Made by a program: the position numbers and the translations under genes. From Betaproteobacteria bacterium (lineage in GTDB: Bacteria > Pseudomonadota > Gammaproteobacteria > Burkholderiales > JACQAP01), in contig JANXPQ010000539.1 of the NCBI GenBank assembly GCA_025357235.1, forward strand, positions 1 to 37,969: DNA of 37,969 nucleotides, in the 5' to 3' direction. The notes under the pieces are model-generated. The model was not told where the DNA came from. It did not search any database and saw only the letters and a program-made list of their open reading frames with translations. Position 1 is the stretch's first letter, and every line of letters starts with the position of its first letter. Below are positions 17,574 to 28,255 of the stretch, piece after piece.

Positions 17574-18667
17574 GCCTGCGCGGCGAAAGTATCTTCGGCC
17601 ATCGCGGCAAGCAGCTCGGTCTGGTGCTCGGCCATGAGAGCGTCGATCAAATCGTCGAGCGCGCCGTCCATGATCTGGTCGATTTTGTACAGGGTCAGGT
17701 TGATGCGGTGATCCGTTACCCTGCCCTGCGGAAAGTTATAGGTGCGGATGCGTTCCGAGCGATCGCCGCTGCCGATCAGCGATTTGCGCGTCGCAGCCTG
17801 TTTCGCCTGTTGCTCGCGCACCTGCTTGTCCCTGATCCGTGCGGCCAGCACCGACAACGCCTGCGCCTTGTTCTTGTGCTGGGAGCGGTCGTCCTGGCAT
17901 TCGACGACGATGCCGGTGGGCAGATGCGTGACGCGCACCGCGGAATCGGTCTTGTTGATGTGCTGGCCGCCGGCACCTGAAGCGCGGAAGGTATCGATGC
18001 GCAGCTCCGCGGGATTGAGTACGACGTCTTCGATCGCATCCGCTTCCGGCATCACGGCGACCGTGCAGGCACTGGTGTGGATGCGGCCTTGTGTCTCGGT
18101 TGCCGGCACCCGCTGCACGCGATGCCCGCCCGATTCGAACTTCAGTTTCGAATAGACGCCGAAGCCGATGATTTTGGCGATCACTTCCTTGTATCCGCCC
18201 ATCTCTCCCTGGCTCTGCGAAATCAGCTCGACCTTCCAGCCCTGACGCTCGGCATAGCGGAAATACATGCGGAACAGATCGCCGGCGAACAAGGCAGATT
18301 CGTCGCCGCCGGTGCCGGCCCGGATTTCCAGGAAGACGTTGCGTTCGTCGCTGGGATCCTTTGGCAACAATTGTTTCTGGAGCTCGGCCTCGAGATCGAG
18401 CAAACGCTGCCTGCCCTCCCTGACTTCGGCTTCGGCAAGGCCGCGCATCTCCGGATCGCTCGCCATCTCCTGGGCCGCCGCGACGTCGCGCTCGCTTTTG
18501 ACGTAGGCATGGTAGAGCTCGACCGCCGGCGTAATCTCCGCATGCTCGCGGGTGAGCTTGCGGTAATTTTCCAGGTTTTTGGTTACGTCCTCGCTGGACA
18601 GCAGGGCGTTAAGTTCCTCCAATCTGGCGGAAAGTTGCGCCAGCTTGGAGGCGATGGACGGTTTCAT
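17570..18667 (-). CDS. prfA: Peptide chain release factor 1
   Basis: 365 aa with the PAT tripeptide ([10 protein letters not shown]) and GGQ ([10 protein letters not shown]). Single uninterrupted frame. Confidence 0.95.
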   Translation of the reverse strand: MKPSIASKLAQLSARLEELNALLSSEDVTKNLENYRKLTREHAEITPAVELYHAYVKSERDVAAAQEMASDPEMRGLAEAEVREGRQRLLDLEAELQKQLLPKDPSDERNVFLEIRAGTGGDESALFAGDLFRMYFRYAERQGWKVELISQSQGEMGGYKEVIAKIIGFGVYSKLKFESGGHRVQRVPATETQGRIHTSACTVAVMPEADAIEDVVLNPAELRIDTFRASGAGGQHINKTDSAVRVTHLPTGIVVECQDDRSQHKNKAQALSVLAARIRDKQVREQQAKQAATRKSLIGSGDRSERIRTYNFPQGRVTDHRINLTLYKIDQIMDGALDDLIDALMAEHQTELLAAMAEDTFAAQA

Positions 18668-19917
18668 TCCGGCAGGTTGATCTCGTACAGGCGGGTCAGC
18701 GCGGCAACCAGGGCGTCGCGCTCATTCGTCTGCGCGCTATTGAGCGCCTGCGTCGGCGCATGCAGAAACTTGTTGGTCAGGGAATGCGAAAGCAGTTCCA
18801 GCACCCTGGCGGGATCGTCGCCCTTGGCCAGCATGCGCGCGGCACGCTCCAGTTCGTGGCGGCGCATGTACTCGGCCCTATCGCGCAATGCACGGATGGT
18901 CGGAACGAGCTCCCGGTTCTCCAGCCAGTGCATGAAGGCATGCACGTTGGCGTTGATGATGACCTCGGCTTGTGCAACTGCGGCGTGGCGGGTGTCGAGA
19001 CCTTCCTGCACGATCTTGCCGAGGTCATCCACGCTGTAGAGGAACACGTCGTCAAGCTCCGCCACCTCGGCCTCGACGTCGCGCGGCACCGCGAGATCGA
19101 TCATCAGTATCGGACGATGGCGGCGCGCCTTGATGGCGCGTTCGATCATCCCTTTGCCGAGGATCGGCAGCGTGCTCGCCGTACAGGTGACCACGATGTC
19201 GTGAAGCGGCAGTTGCTCGGGCAGGTCGTTCAACGTGATTACACGGCCCTGGAAGCGGCTCGCAAGCTGTTCGCCACGCTCGACCGTACGATTGGCAAAA
19301 GTCATTTCGCGCGGCTTTTTCGCGGCAAAATGGGTCGAGCACAATTCGATCATTTCACCGGCGCCGACAAACAGGATTTTCTGTCCGGCAATGCTCGGGT
19401 AAATCCGCTCGGCAACCTTGATAGCTGCTGCCGCCATCGAGACCGAGCTGGCCCCGATGTCGGTCCGGGTGCGCACTTCCTTCGCCACTGAAAACGTGGA
19501 TTGGAACAGCTTGTGTAGAACCGTACCGAGTGTGCCGGCGTGCTCGGCGGATTTCACCGCATCTTTCATCTGTCCGAGGATCTGCGGCTCGCCTATCACC
19601 ATCGAGTCGAGCCCGCTGGCTACGCGGAACGCGTGAGTCACTGCCTGCTCGCGCGGCAGAGTGTAAAGAAACGGCTCCAGCGCCGGGGTTTTCAGGTGAT
19701 GAAAACGCGCAAGCCAGTCGATTACGCGGACCGGTTCGGGCGTACTGCAATAGACCTCGGTGCGATTACAGGTGGAAATGATCGCGGCTTCGCGCGCCGA
19801 TTCGTGCGCGACGAGATCACGCAGCGCCGCTTCCAGGTTTTCGGCGTGAAAGGTCACCTGTTCGCGTACCGCGAGCGGGGCCGTATGGTGGTTCATGCCG
19901 AAAGCGAAGAGCTGCAT
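18664..19917 (-). CDS. hemA: Glutamyl-tRNA reductase
   Basis: [19 protein letters not shown]... and the catalytic STCNRTEVY motif. The longer ORF-track start at 19980 adds non-conserved residues. Confidence 0.9.
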   Translation of the reverse strand: MQLFAFGMNHHTAPLAVREQVTFHAENLEAALRDLVAHESAREAAIISTCNRTEVYCSTPEPVRVIDWLARFHHLKTPALEPFLYTLPREQAVTHAFRVASGLDSMVIGEPQILGQMKDAVKSAEHAGTLGTVLHKLFQSTFSVAKEVRTRTDIGASSVSMAAAAIKVAERIYPSIAGQKILFVGAGEMIELCSTHFAAKKPREMTFANRTVERGEQLASRFQGRVITLNDLPEQLPLHDIVVTCTASTLPILGKGMIERAIKARRHRPILMIDLAVPRDVEAEVAELDDVFLYSVDDLGKIVQEGLDTRHAAVAQAEVIINANVHAFMHWLENRELVPTIRALRDRAEYMRRHELERAARMLAKGDDPARVLELLSHSLTNKFLHAPTQALNSAQTNERDALVAALTRLYEINLPE

Positions 19918-20028
19918 CGAAGTCCACGGTTGACGAGCGGGGGCGCAAACTCCCGATCGAGGCCCATGATTATAAGCCAAAAGGTCTGCTTCCCCGCGAT
20001 TCGGGGATTTGGCGCGAACCGCGGACGG

Positions 20029-21309
20029 TTACTTGATCTGAGCCGGCAGCCAGATGGTGAGCGGCGGGAAAACGATGGTCAGCCCGAGGACGACGATTGC
20101 CCAGGCAAGGAAAGGCAGGACCTCCCACATGACAGGCCCGAGGCGGATTTTGCCCACGCTGGAAACGACGAACAGCAATAGTCCGATCGGCGGATGCATC
20201 AGGCCGATCATCAGGTTCAGCACCACGACCGCACCGAACTGGATAGGATCGATGCCGACCTGCGCACCGAGCGGAATCAGCAGCGGCAGGAAGATGATCA
20301 TGGCCGGGAGCGGTTCCACGATGCAGCCGATGAGCAGGAGAAATGCGTTGATCATCAGCAGCACGATGATCGGGTTGGTCGAAATGCTCTGGATCGTGTC
20401 GATCACTGTCTGGTTTATCTGGCTCTCCGCCACCAGCCAGCTGAATGGTCCCGCCGCCGCCAGCAGGAACAGGATGAGGGCAGTGGAACGTCCCGCACTG
20501 AAGATGAGCTTGGGAAGCTGCCTGAAGGTAATGCCACGATAGATAAAAAAGCAGACAAACAAGGCATAGAGCACGGCCACCGCGGCGGACTCGGTCACGG
20601 TCAGCCAGCCGAAGCGTATTCCTCCGATGATAATGACGGGCATCATCAGCGCCCAGGATGCTCGACCGGTTGCGCGCAACTTGACCTTGATGTCGGCCGC
20701 TTCCCGCCGGGGATAGTTGCGGTACCTGGCGACGATGCTGCAGATCACCATGAATCCGCTCGCCAGCAGGATGGCGGGGACCACCCCCGCCATGAACAGT
20801 TTGACGACGGACTGGTTGGAGATCTGCGCATAAACCACCATCGGAATCGAAGGCGGCAGGATAGGGCCGAGCAATGCGCCCGCAACGATTACGGCGCCCG
20901 CGAACCCTTCGCCGTATCCTTCCTTGCGCATTGCGGGAATCAGCGGCTTACCGGTCGCCACTGCATCCGCAACGGCGGATCCCGACACGCCCGCCATGAC
21001 GAAATTGGTAATGATCGATACGTGTCCGAGGCTACCCCTGAGCCGGCCCACCAGCGCCATCGCCCATTCGATCAGGCGCATTGTCAGGCCGCCGGAGTTC
21101 ATGAGCTCGCCCGCCAGAATGAACAAAGGCACCTGAACCAGCGCAAAACTATCCACCCCCGACATCATCGACAGCGGCATCATCGCGGCATCGATGAGTT
21201 CGCCCGGCTTGGCCAGGATTCCCAGCCATGCGGAGAACACCATCGAAAAGCCGACGTCGAATCCGATCAGGAGTGCGAGCAGGAACGCGACGAAAAGCAA
21301 TGGGAGCAT
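20029..21309 (-). CDS. TRAP transporter large permease (DctM type)
   Basis: 426 aa from MLPLLFVAF.... ATG overlaps the stop of the small permease (ATGA). The upstream part of the ORF-track frame is not coding. Confidence 0.9.
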   Translation of the reverse strand: MLPLLFVAFLLALLIGFDVGFSMVFSAWLGILAKPGELIDAAMMPLSMMSGVDSFALVQVPLFILAGELMNSGGLTMRLIEWAMALVGRLRGSLGHVSIITNFVMAGVSGSAVADAVATGKPLIPAMRKEGYGEGFAGAVIVAGALLGPILPPSIPMVVYAQISNQSVVKLFMAGVVPAILLASGFMVICSIVARYRNYPRREAADIKVKLRATGRASWALMMPVIIIGGIRFGWLTVTESAAVAVLYALFVCFFIYRGITFRQLPKLIFSAGRSTALILFLLAAAGPFSWLVAESQINQTVIDTIQSISTNPIIVLLMINAFLLLIGCIVEPLPAMIIFLPLLIPLGAQVGIDPIQFGAVVVLNLMIGLMHPPIGLLLFVVSSVGKIRLGPVMWEVLPFLAWAIVVLGLTIVFPPLTIWLPAQIK

Positions 21310-21809
21310 CAGAGTTCCCTGGGCTTCTGAAGCTCGTGGCCCATGAGCCGGACGATGAGCCGCAATCCGACGAAAAGCAGCATGAGCACACAGGAAATCA
21401 GCACGCCCGCGGCCGGAACTGCCGCGGTGAAAACAGTGCCCAGCAGTTCCTGGTCCTTGCCGATGACGATCAGGCGCCAGCTTCCCGGGATCAACACCAC
21501 CAGCAATACAACCAACAAGGCATCGAACGCCATCTCGAGGACGAAACGCACTTTCGCCGGCAAATGCGCGTCGATCAGGTCCACGCGTATGTTCACGGCC
21601 GCGCGCACCGCGACGGCAAATCCGATAAAGGTAAGCCAGACCAGCGCGACTCTCGCGTACTGGTCGGGCGCGGCAATACCGGTATCGATGAAATGACGAT
21701 CGACAAACTGCAGCGCGACAATGAGCACGAGCGAGACCATGAGCGCAACGACCACCCACTCGAGCAGGAGGTCGAGCACGCGCAAAGCGCGATTGAGGCT
21801 ATCGATCAT
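21309..21809 (-). CDS. TRAP transporter small permease (DctQ type)
   Basis: 166 aa, four TM segments, located between the SBP and the large permease. Confidence 0.85.
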   Translation of the reverse strand: MIDSLNRALRVLDLLLEWVVVALMVSLVLIVALQFVDRHFIDTGIAAPDQYARVALVWLTFIGFAVAVRAAVNIRVDLIDAHLPAKVRFVLEMAFDALLVVLLVVLIPGSWRLIVIGKDQELLGTVFTAAVPAAGVLISCVLMLLFVGLRLIVRLMGHELQKPREL

Positions 21810-21837
21810 GGAAAGACGGTGACCCGGATGCCGCTGA

Positions 21838-22827
21838 TTACTTCTGCGCGGCCTTCAGGCGCTCAACCAGGCCGTCGGGCCAGACCTTGCCCTCGTAGCT
21901 CTTGTAGACATCTTTCCAGGCGGTTTCGAAAGCCGCCTTGTCCGGAACGACGTAAGTCACGCCTTGTTTCTTCAACTCCTCCATGCCCTGGCGATCGAAC
22001 TGTTCGCCAAGATCGGTCGCGACTTTGCCGCCCGCCTGTGCAGCACGCTTGAAGAGGTCCTGCTGCTCCTTGGTCATGGACTTCCAGCGACGCTCGGAGA
22101 CGTACCACGCCGCCACATCGTAAACGTGGTCGGTGGCAGACCAATACTTGGAAACCTCATGGAAGCGGAATGTGAGGGTCAAATCGAATCCGTTGTCCTG
22201 GCCGTCGACCTGACCCCGAGAAAGCGCCATGTAAACTTCATTCAGCCCAAGCGGGACGACCTTGACGCCGAGCGACTCGAAGGTTTCGCGAAAAATCGGG
22301 ATCGGCGGAATGCGCAGGCGCATGCCCTTCAAATCCTCGGGCTTGCGAATAGGCCCCTTGGTCGTGACGATTGCGCGCGGCGAACGCGCACCCGCCACGG
22401 CGAAAATCCGCACTCCCGAAGACTTGGCGCAGCTATCGTAGAAATCCTGCATGATCGGACCGTTCAGAACCTGCGTGGCCTTTTCCTTGTTCTTGAACAG
22501 ATAAGGCAGGTAAGCAACGTTGAGGGCTCCGCAATCCTTGAGTTGGCCGGAGTTGCCGACTCCCAAATAAGCCATGTCCACGGTGCCGAGTTGCATGCCG
22601 GCGATCAGTTGCTGGATGTCGCCGATCTGGCTGTCGGCATAGACCTGCACGCGAATCTTGCCGCCGCTTTCCATGTCGACGACCTCGGCGAACTTCTCCA
22701 TGGCCTTGTGCAGGTTGCTGTTGGTGACGAACGGCGTGCCGAAACGCAAGGTCAGTTCTGCCGCATGAGCGATGCATGCGGTCACGGCGAGCAATAGTGC
22801 CAGCAAAGCAGATACGCGGAATTTCAT
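21838..22827 (-). CDS. TRAP transporter substrate-binding protein (DctP type)
   Basis: Start at MKFRVSALLALLLAVTACIAHA (signal peptide), with GGGGAG 6 nt upstream. DctP-like sequence throughout. Confidence 0.9.
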   Translation of the reverse strand: MKFRVSALLALLLAVTACIAHAAELTLRFGTPFVTNSNLHKAMEKFAEVVDMESGGKIRVQVYADSQIGDIQQLIAGMQLGTVDMAYLGVGNSGQLKDCGALNVAYLPYLFKNKEKATQVLNGPIMQDFYDSCAKSSGVRIFAVAGARSPRAIVTTKGPIRKPEDLKGMRLRIPPIPIFRETFESLGVKVVPLGLNEVYMALSRGQVDGQDNGFDLTLTFRFHEVSKYWSATDHVYDVAAWYVSERRWKSMTKEQQDLFKRAAQAGGKVATDLGEQFDRQGMEELKKQGVTYVVPDKAAFETAWKDVYKSYEGKVWPDGLVERLKAAQK

Positions 22828-22898
22828 GTTCTCCCCCAGTGCATTTCTAGTTTTTATCGCCGGCAGATCTTGGCCAGCGTAGCGTTTCAAGGTGCTGA

Positions 22899-22928
22899 AC
22901 TATCGATGCACACGTGCATGGCTGTCAA
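22899..22928 (-). promoter_or_regulatory. Candidate sigma70 promoter of the TRAP operon (TTGACA-N18-GATAGT) with an embedded palindrome
   Basis: Perfect -35 TTGACA (22923-22928) and a 4/6 -10 (22899-22904). The spacer contains the palindrome ATGCAC-GT-GTGCAT (22906-22919). Confidence 0.35.
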
Positions 22929-22971
22929 GCGGCCTCGCGGAGAACGGGAAACGGAAAAATCGAAAGGGGAG

Positions 22972-23047
<76 letters not shown>

Positions 23048-23064
23048 ACGGTACTGCACACAAC

Positions 23065-23234
23065 TGGACCCCAAGGCGGGGCAGGACCTCGCGATCCACT
23101 TCCTTACGATGGCCGATACAAGGATTTTAGCTCCGGCATAGCCTTGCACTCACGTGAAAGGTTAGCCTTCACTGAAACAAGCGATGAAGGCGCTTGTTTG
23201 CAGTCCTCTGCTCTACCGACTGAGCTACTTGGCC
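23065..23234 (-). pseudogene. Second, disrupted tRNA-Phe-derived copy, 17 nt upstream of the intact gene
   Basis: nt 23234-23201 are 34/34 identical to tRNA-Phe positions 1-34. A 72-nt insert follows (23200-23129). Then AAAATCCTTGTATCGG (23128-23113) is 15/16 identical to positions 35-50. The remaining T-arm/acceptor sequence is only loosely similar (...CCGCCTTGGGGTCCA). Confidence 0.6.
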
Positions 23235-23365
23235 CCCGTTTACAGCTCTTATCCGATGGGGAATCGAATCGCTTTTTTGCGTTGCCGGTTGGGAAATCGT
23301 CGGCGCTCGGAAAGCGCGGCATTCTACCCGAAAACACCTGCGGGCGGGCAATCCGGATTGCCCGC

Positions 23366-23400
23366 AAAAGAACAGAAAAGCCCGCATCGGCGGGCTTTTC
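23366..23400 (-). terminator. Rho-independent terminator after the MFS gene
   Basis: GCCCGC-CGAT-GCGGGC followed by TTTTCTGTTCTTTT on the minus strand, about 20 nt after the stop. Confidence 0.75.
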
Positions 23401-23417
23401 TTTAGCAGGAATCTGCT

Positions 23418-25031
23418 TCAGTTCTGATGAATGTCCCTGTCCTTGGTTTCCCTGAGGAATAGGGTCCCTATCACCAACGTGACCACCGCGACGACAATCG
23501 GATACCACAGCCCATAATAGATATCGCCCGTGGCCGCCACCATCGCCGTCGCAGTCAACGGCAGCATGCCGCCGAACCAGCCGTTGCCGATGTGATAAGG
23601 CAGGGACATCGAGGTATAGCGGATCCGCGTCGGGAACAATTCCACCAGGAACGCGGCAATCGGCCCATACACCATGGTCACGTAAATGAGCATGATCACG
23701 AGGATCAGCAGGGTCATGCCATAGTTGACCTTGCTCTTGTCCGCCGGTCCTGGATAGCCAGCCGCTTTCAACGCTTCCTCCACCTTCGCCTTGTCCCAGC
23801 CTTCGAGCGTGACTTCCCCTACTTTGGTGACCACGGCTTTGCCTTCAATTGCGGGAAGCGAAGTGAAAGACAGACCCTGTTTGGTCAAATGGTCCTTCAC
23901 CTGGTCACATTCGGTGAACTTGCTCCAGGGTCCGACGAACAGATGAAAGCCGCAATCGTTCGCGGCCACCGATATCTGCGTCTTCTGCTGAAATTCCTCG
24001 AGCGCCGGATTGACGTTATGGGTCAGTCCGTGGAACAGCGGAAAGTAGGTCAGCGCCGCGATCAGGCAGCCCGCCAATATGATCTTGAGCCGCCCGATCT
24101 TGTCCGACAGCCAGCCGAAGAAAATGAAAAACGGCGTGCCGATCAGCAGTGAAGCGCCGATCAGGATATACGCCGTAAGGTAGTCCAGCTTCAATGTGAT
24201 GATCAGGAAGAACAGTGCGTAGAACTGGCCTGTGTACCAAACCACGCCCTGACCTGCAGTGGCGCCGAGCAGCGCCAGCAACACGAATTTATTGTTCGGG
24301 TAGCGCAGGAAACTGTCCGTCAACGGCGCCTTCGATCCCTTGCCTTCGGCCTTCATCTTTGTGAATACCGGCGACTCTTCCAGCTTTAGCCGGATGTAGA
24401 CGGAAAATGCCAGAAGGATCACCGAGAACCAGAATGGAATCCTCCAGCCCCAATCGGCAAAAACCTTGGCATCCATTTCCAGGCGGCAGGCGCCGATCAC
24501 CAGCAGCGCGAGAAAGAACCCCAAGGTCGCCGTGGTCTGAATCCAGCTGGTGTCGTAGCCGCGCCGATGATTCGGCGCGTGTTCGGCCACATAGGTCGCC
24601 GCACCGCCATATTCACCGCCGAGCGCAAGCCCCTGCAGCAGCCGCAATGACACCAGCAGGATCGGGGCACCCCAGCCGATGGCCTCGTAGGTCGGCAGCA
24701 AGCCGACTGCAAAGGTCGCGCCGCCCATGACAATAATGGTGATCAGGAACGTGTATTTGCGACCCACCAGGTCACCGATACGACCGAACACCAGCGCCCC
24801 GAATGGACGGACCAGAAAGCCGGCGGCATAAGTCGCAAACGCCGAAAGCAGGGCGGCCGTTTCGTTGCCTTTCGGAAAGAACAATGCCGCGAAGAACGGC
24901 GCCAGCGTTGCGTACAGATAGAAGTCGTACCACTCGAAAACCGTGCCCAGCGAGGAAGCGAAGATGACCCGCTTCTCTTCCGGCTTGAAGTCCGGATGAT
25001 GCTTATCGTGGGTCGTTGCGGTTCCGGTCAT
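23418..25031 (-). CDS. MFS transporter, metabolite:H+ symporter (MHS)-like, with a ~100-aa extra-membrane insertion
   Basis: 537 aa with MHS-type motifs (GRIGDLVGRK after TM2, GWLSDKIGRLK after TM8). A hydrophilic segment at aa ~337-436 lies between predicted TM9 and TM10. Confidence 0.9.
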   Translation of the reverse strand: MTGTATTHDKHHPDFKPEEKRVIFASSLGTVFEWYDFYLYATLAPFFAALFFPKGNETAALLSAFATYAAGFLVRPFGALVFGRIGDLVGRKYTFLITIIVMGGATFAVGLLPTYEAIGWGAPILLVSLRLLQGLALGGEYGGAATYVAEHAPNHRRGYDTSWIQTTATLGFFLALLVIGACRLEMDAKVFADWGWRIPFWFSVILLAFSVYIRLKLEESPVFTKMKAEGKGSKAPLTDSFLRYPNNKFVLLALLGATAGQGVVWYTGQFYALFFLIITLKLDYLTAYILIGASLLIGTPFFIFFGWLSDKIGRLKIILAGCLIAALTYFPLFHGLTHNVNPALEEFQQKTQISVAANDCGFHLFVGPWSKFTECDQVKDHLTKQGLSFTSLPAIEGKAVVTKVGEVTLEGWDKAKVEEALKAAGYPGPADKSKVNYGMTLLILVIMLIYVTMVYGPIAAFLVELFPTRIRYTSMSLPYHIGNGWFGGMLPLTATAMVAATGDIYYGLWYPIVVAVVTLVIGTLFLRETKDRDIHQN

Positions 25032-25198
25032 GTTCTCTCCTCCCGTGTGATTGTTGCTGCGGCGGTCGAGTACCGAGGCAGTCTGACCTACAGTTTAATT
25101 GCCGGGCCCGGGCGATTGTCAATGTCATGCTTCATCGCAGTTGCAGCAAACCTGAACGACCCGCCCAGCGGGAGACGTTGACCAACGTCGCCGGCGGC

Positions 25199-25229
25199 AA
25201 AAGAAAAGCCCCGCCGAAGCGGGGCTTTT
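25199..25229 (-). terminator. Rho-independent terminator after groEL
   Basis: GCCCCGC-TTCG-GCGGGGC followed by TTTTCTTTT on the minus strand. Confidence 0.75.
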
Positions 25230-25255
25230 CGACCTGCCGGAGCTTGTTAAAGCTC

Positions 25256-27236
<1,981 letters not shown>

Positions 27237-27279
27237 TTCGACTCTCCTTGTTATGGATAATCAAGAGCAAAAGCTCTCG

Positions 27280-27306
27280 TTAGCACTCAATACTTGAGAG
27301 TGCTAA
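27280..27306. promoter_or_regulatory. CIRCE element (HrcA operator)
   Basis: TTAGCACTC-N9-GAGTGCTAA is a perfect match to the CIRCE consensus. Lies 44 nt upstream of the groES ATG. Confidence 0.85.
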
Positions 27307-27307
27307 T

Positions 27308-27337
27308 AATAAGGGCGGAGAGCCCGGAATTCAAGGG
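27308..27337 (-). promoter_or_regulatory. Sigma32-type heat-shock promoter of groESL
   Basis: Minus strand reads CCCTTGAA-N14-CCCTTATTA (consensus CCCTTGAA-N13-17-CCCCATnTA), ending directly at the CIRCE. Confidence 0.55.
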
Positions 27338-27446
27338 CTTTGATTATTCCAGAGGGCCGGACTAGACCAAATACAATGTAAGCGTGCGCTTACATAACAG
27401 GAACGCTGCGCTCGCTCTGGTTCGACCTTATAGTGCTTATGGGATT

Positions 27447-28079
27447 TCAGTTTATGAGGGGCGATGAGCCCGGAATGCCGAAGCGATAAATCGTTTTTCC
27501 AAGGCCAACTGGCGGCGCCGATTCTAACGGACAGGGCGGGGTCCGCGTGCCATTCGGACCCAACGTAGCATCATCGGCGAATTCCGCCCAGATGCCACGA
27601 TAAACCGGACGGAACATCCACATCAGGTAGCCGCGGCGGGCCGCGAGATTGACCAGATCCCCGACATCGGGCGCTTCCGCGACCACAGCCTGGACATCGT
27701 TGAGTCCGTAGGGAAACGAGCCGAAAGCCTGCAGACATTCCAGCGCTTCGCGCGATTGGGCCCCCGGGCGGGCGCATCCGGCGCGCTCGGCGCGAGCAAC
27801 ATCCCAAGCACCCAGCTCCCAACCCGCCTCCATTGCCGCGCGATCCAGCGTCGCGATGTCACTCCAGCGATGATTGACCTGAAGGGCCGAACTGGGGATT
27901 GGCGTGTACGCCACCGTCTCGGCTTCTTCGAGTTCGATGATTTTTTCCTCGATGAAGCCATGCCAATGCAGCGTCAGGATCACCGGGGTATCCGGACAAG
28001 GGACAGCGGCGACAGTGATCGCTACCAAAGGCAGGGGTTTGGCTACCATGCGCTCGGTGATGGTCTCCAGCAAATTCAT
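27447..28079 (-). CDS. Hypothetical protein, no recognised motif
   Basis: 210-aa ORF from MNLLETITER..., with AAGGAG 7 nt upstream. No TM segment, signal peptide or family motif that I can recognise. Confidence 0.6.
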   Translation of the reverse strand: MNLLETITERMVAKPLPLVAITVAAVPCPDTPVILTLHWHGFIEEKIIELEEAETVAYTPIPSSALQVNHRWSDIATLDRAAMEAGWELGAWDVARAERAGCARPGAQSREALECLQAFGSFPYGLNDVQAVVAEAPDVGDLVNLAARRGYLMWMFRPVYRGIWAEFADDATLGPNGTRTPPCPLESAPPVGLGKTIYRFGIPGSSPLIN

Positions 28080-28255
28080 GCGTGACTCCTTTGCATCGGA
28101 AAGTGGACATCCGATATAAGAGCAAAGCATCAACGATGCCTGATTGTCTGGCAGCCAACGCTGCAGAATGCCAATATCCCCGGCTTGATTCACGGCTTAA
28201 AAAATGCCTTACTGCGCGCGATATCCGGTCGCGCTACTTCCTGCCCTGCATCCCG

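Noticed and set aside
17570-18667. Programmed frameshift in the release-factor gene
   Set aside because: The gene is prfA (PAT motif) and is a single uninterrupted frame. The +1 frameshift is a prfB feature.
23129-23200. Calling the 72-nt insert in the tRNA-Phe copy a group I intron
   Set aside because: It is far below the ~200 nt of the smallest known bacterial group I introns. I could not identify a P3-P8 core, a U.G pair at the 5' junction or a terminal G before the 3' segment. The 3' exon also cannot form a T-arm or acceptor stem. Kept only as a historical possibility in the finding.
28080-28193. Longer N-terminal extension of the hypothetical ORF (ORF-track start at 28193), and similar extensions for hemA, groEL, dctP, dctM, grx and bioA
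   Set aside because: In each case an internal ATG with a good Shine-Dalgarno sequence, or the conserved family N-terminus, gives the expected protein length. The extensions are non-conserved-looking sequence.
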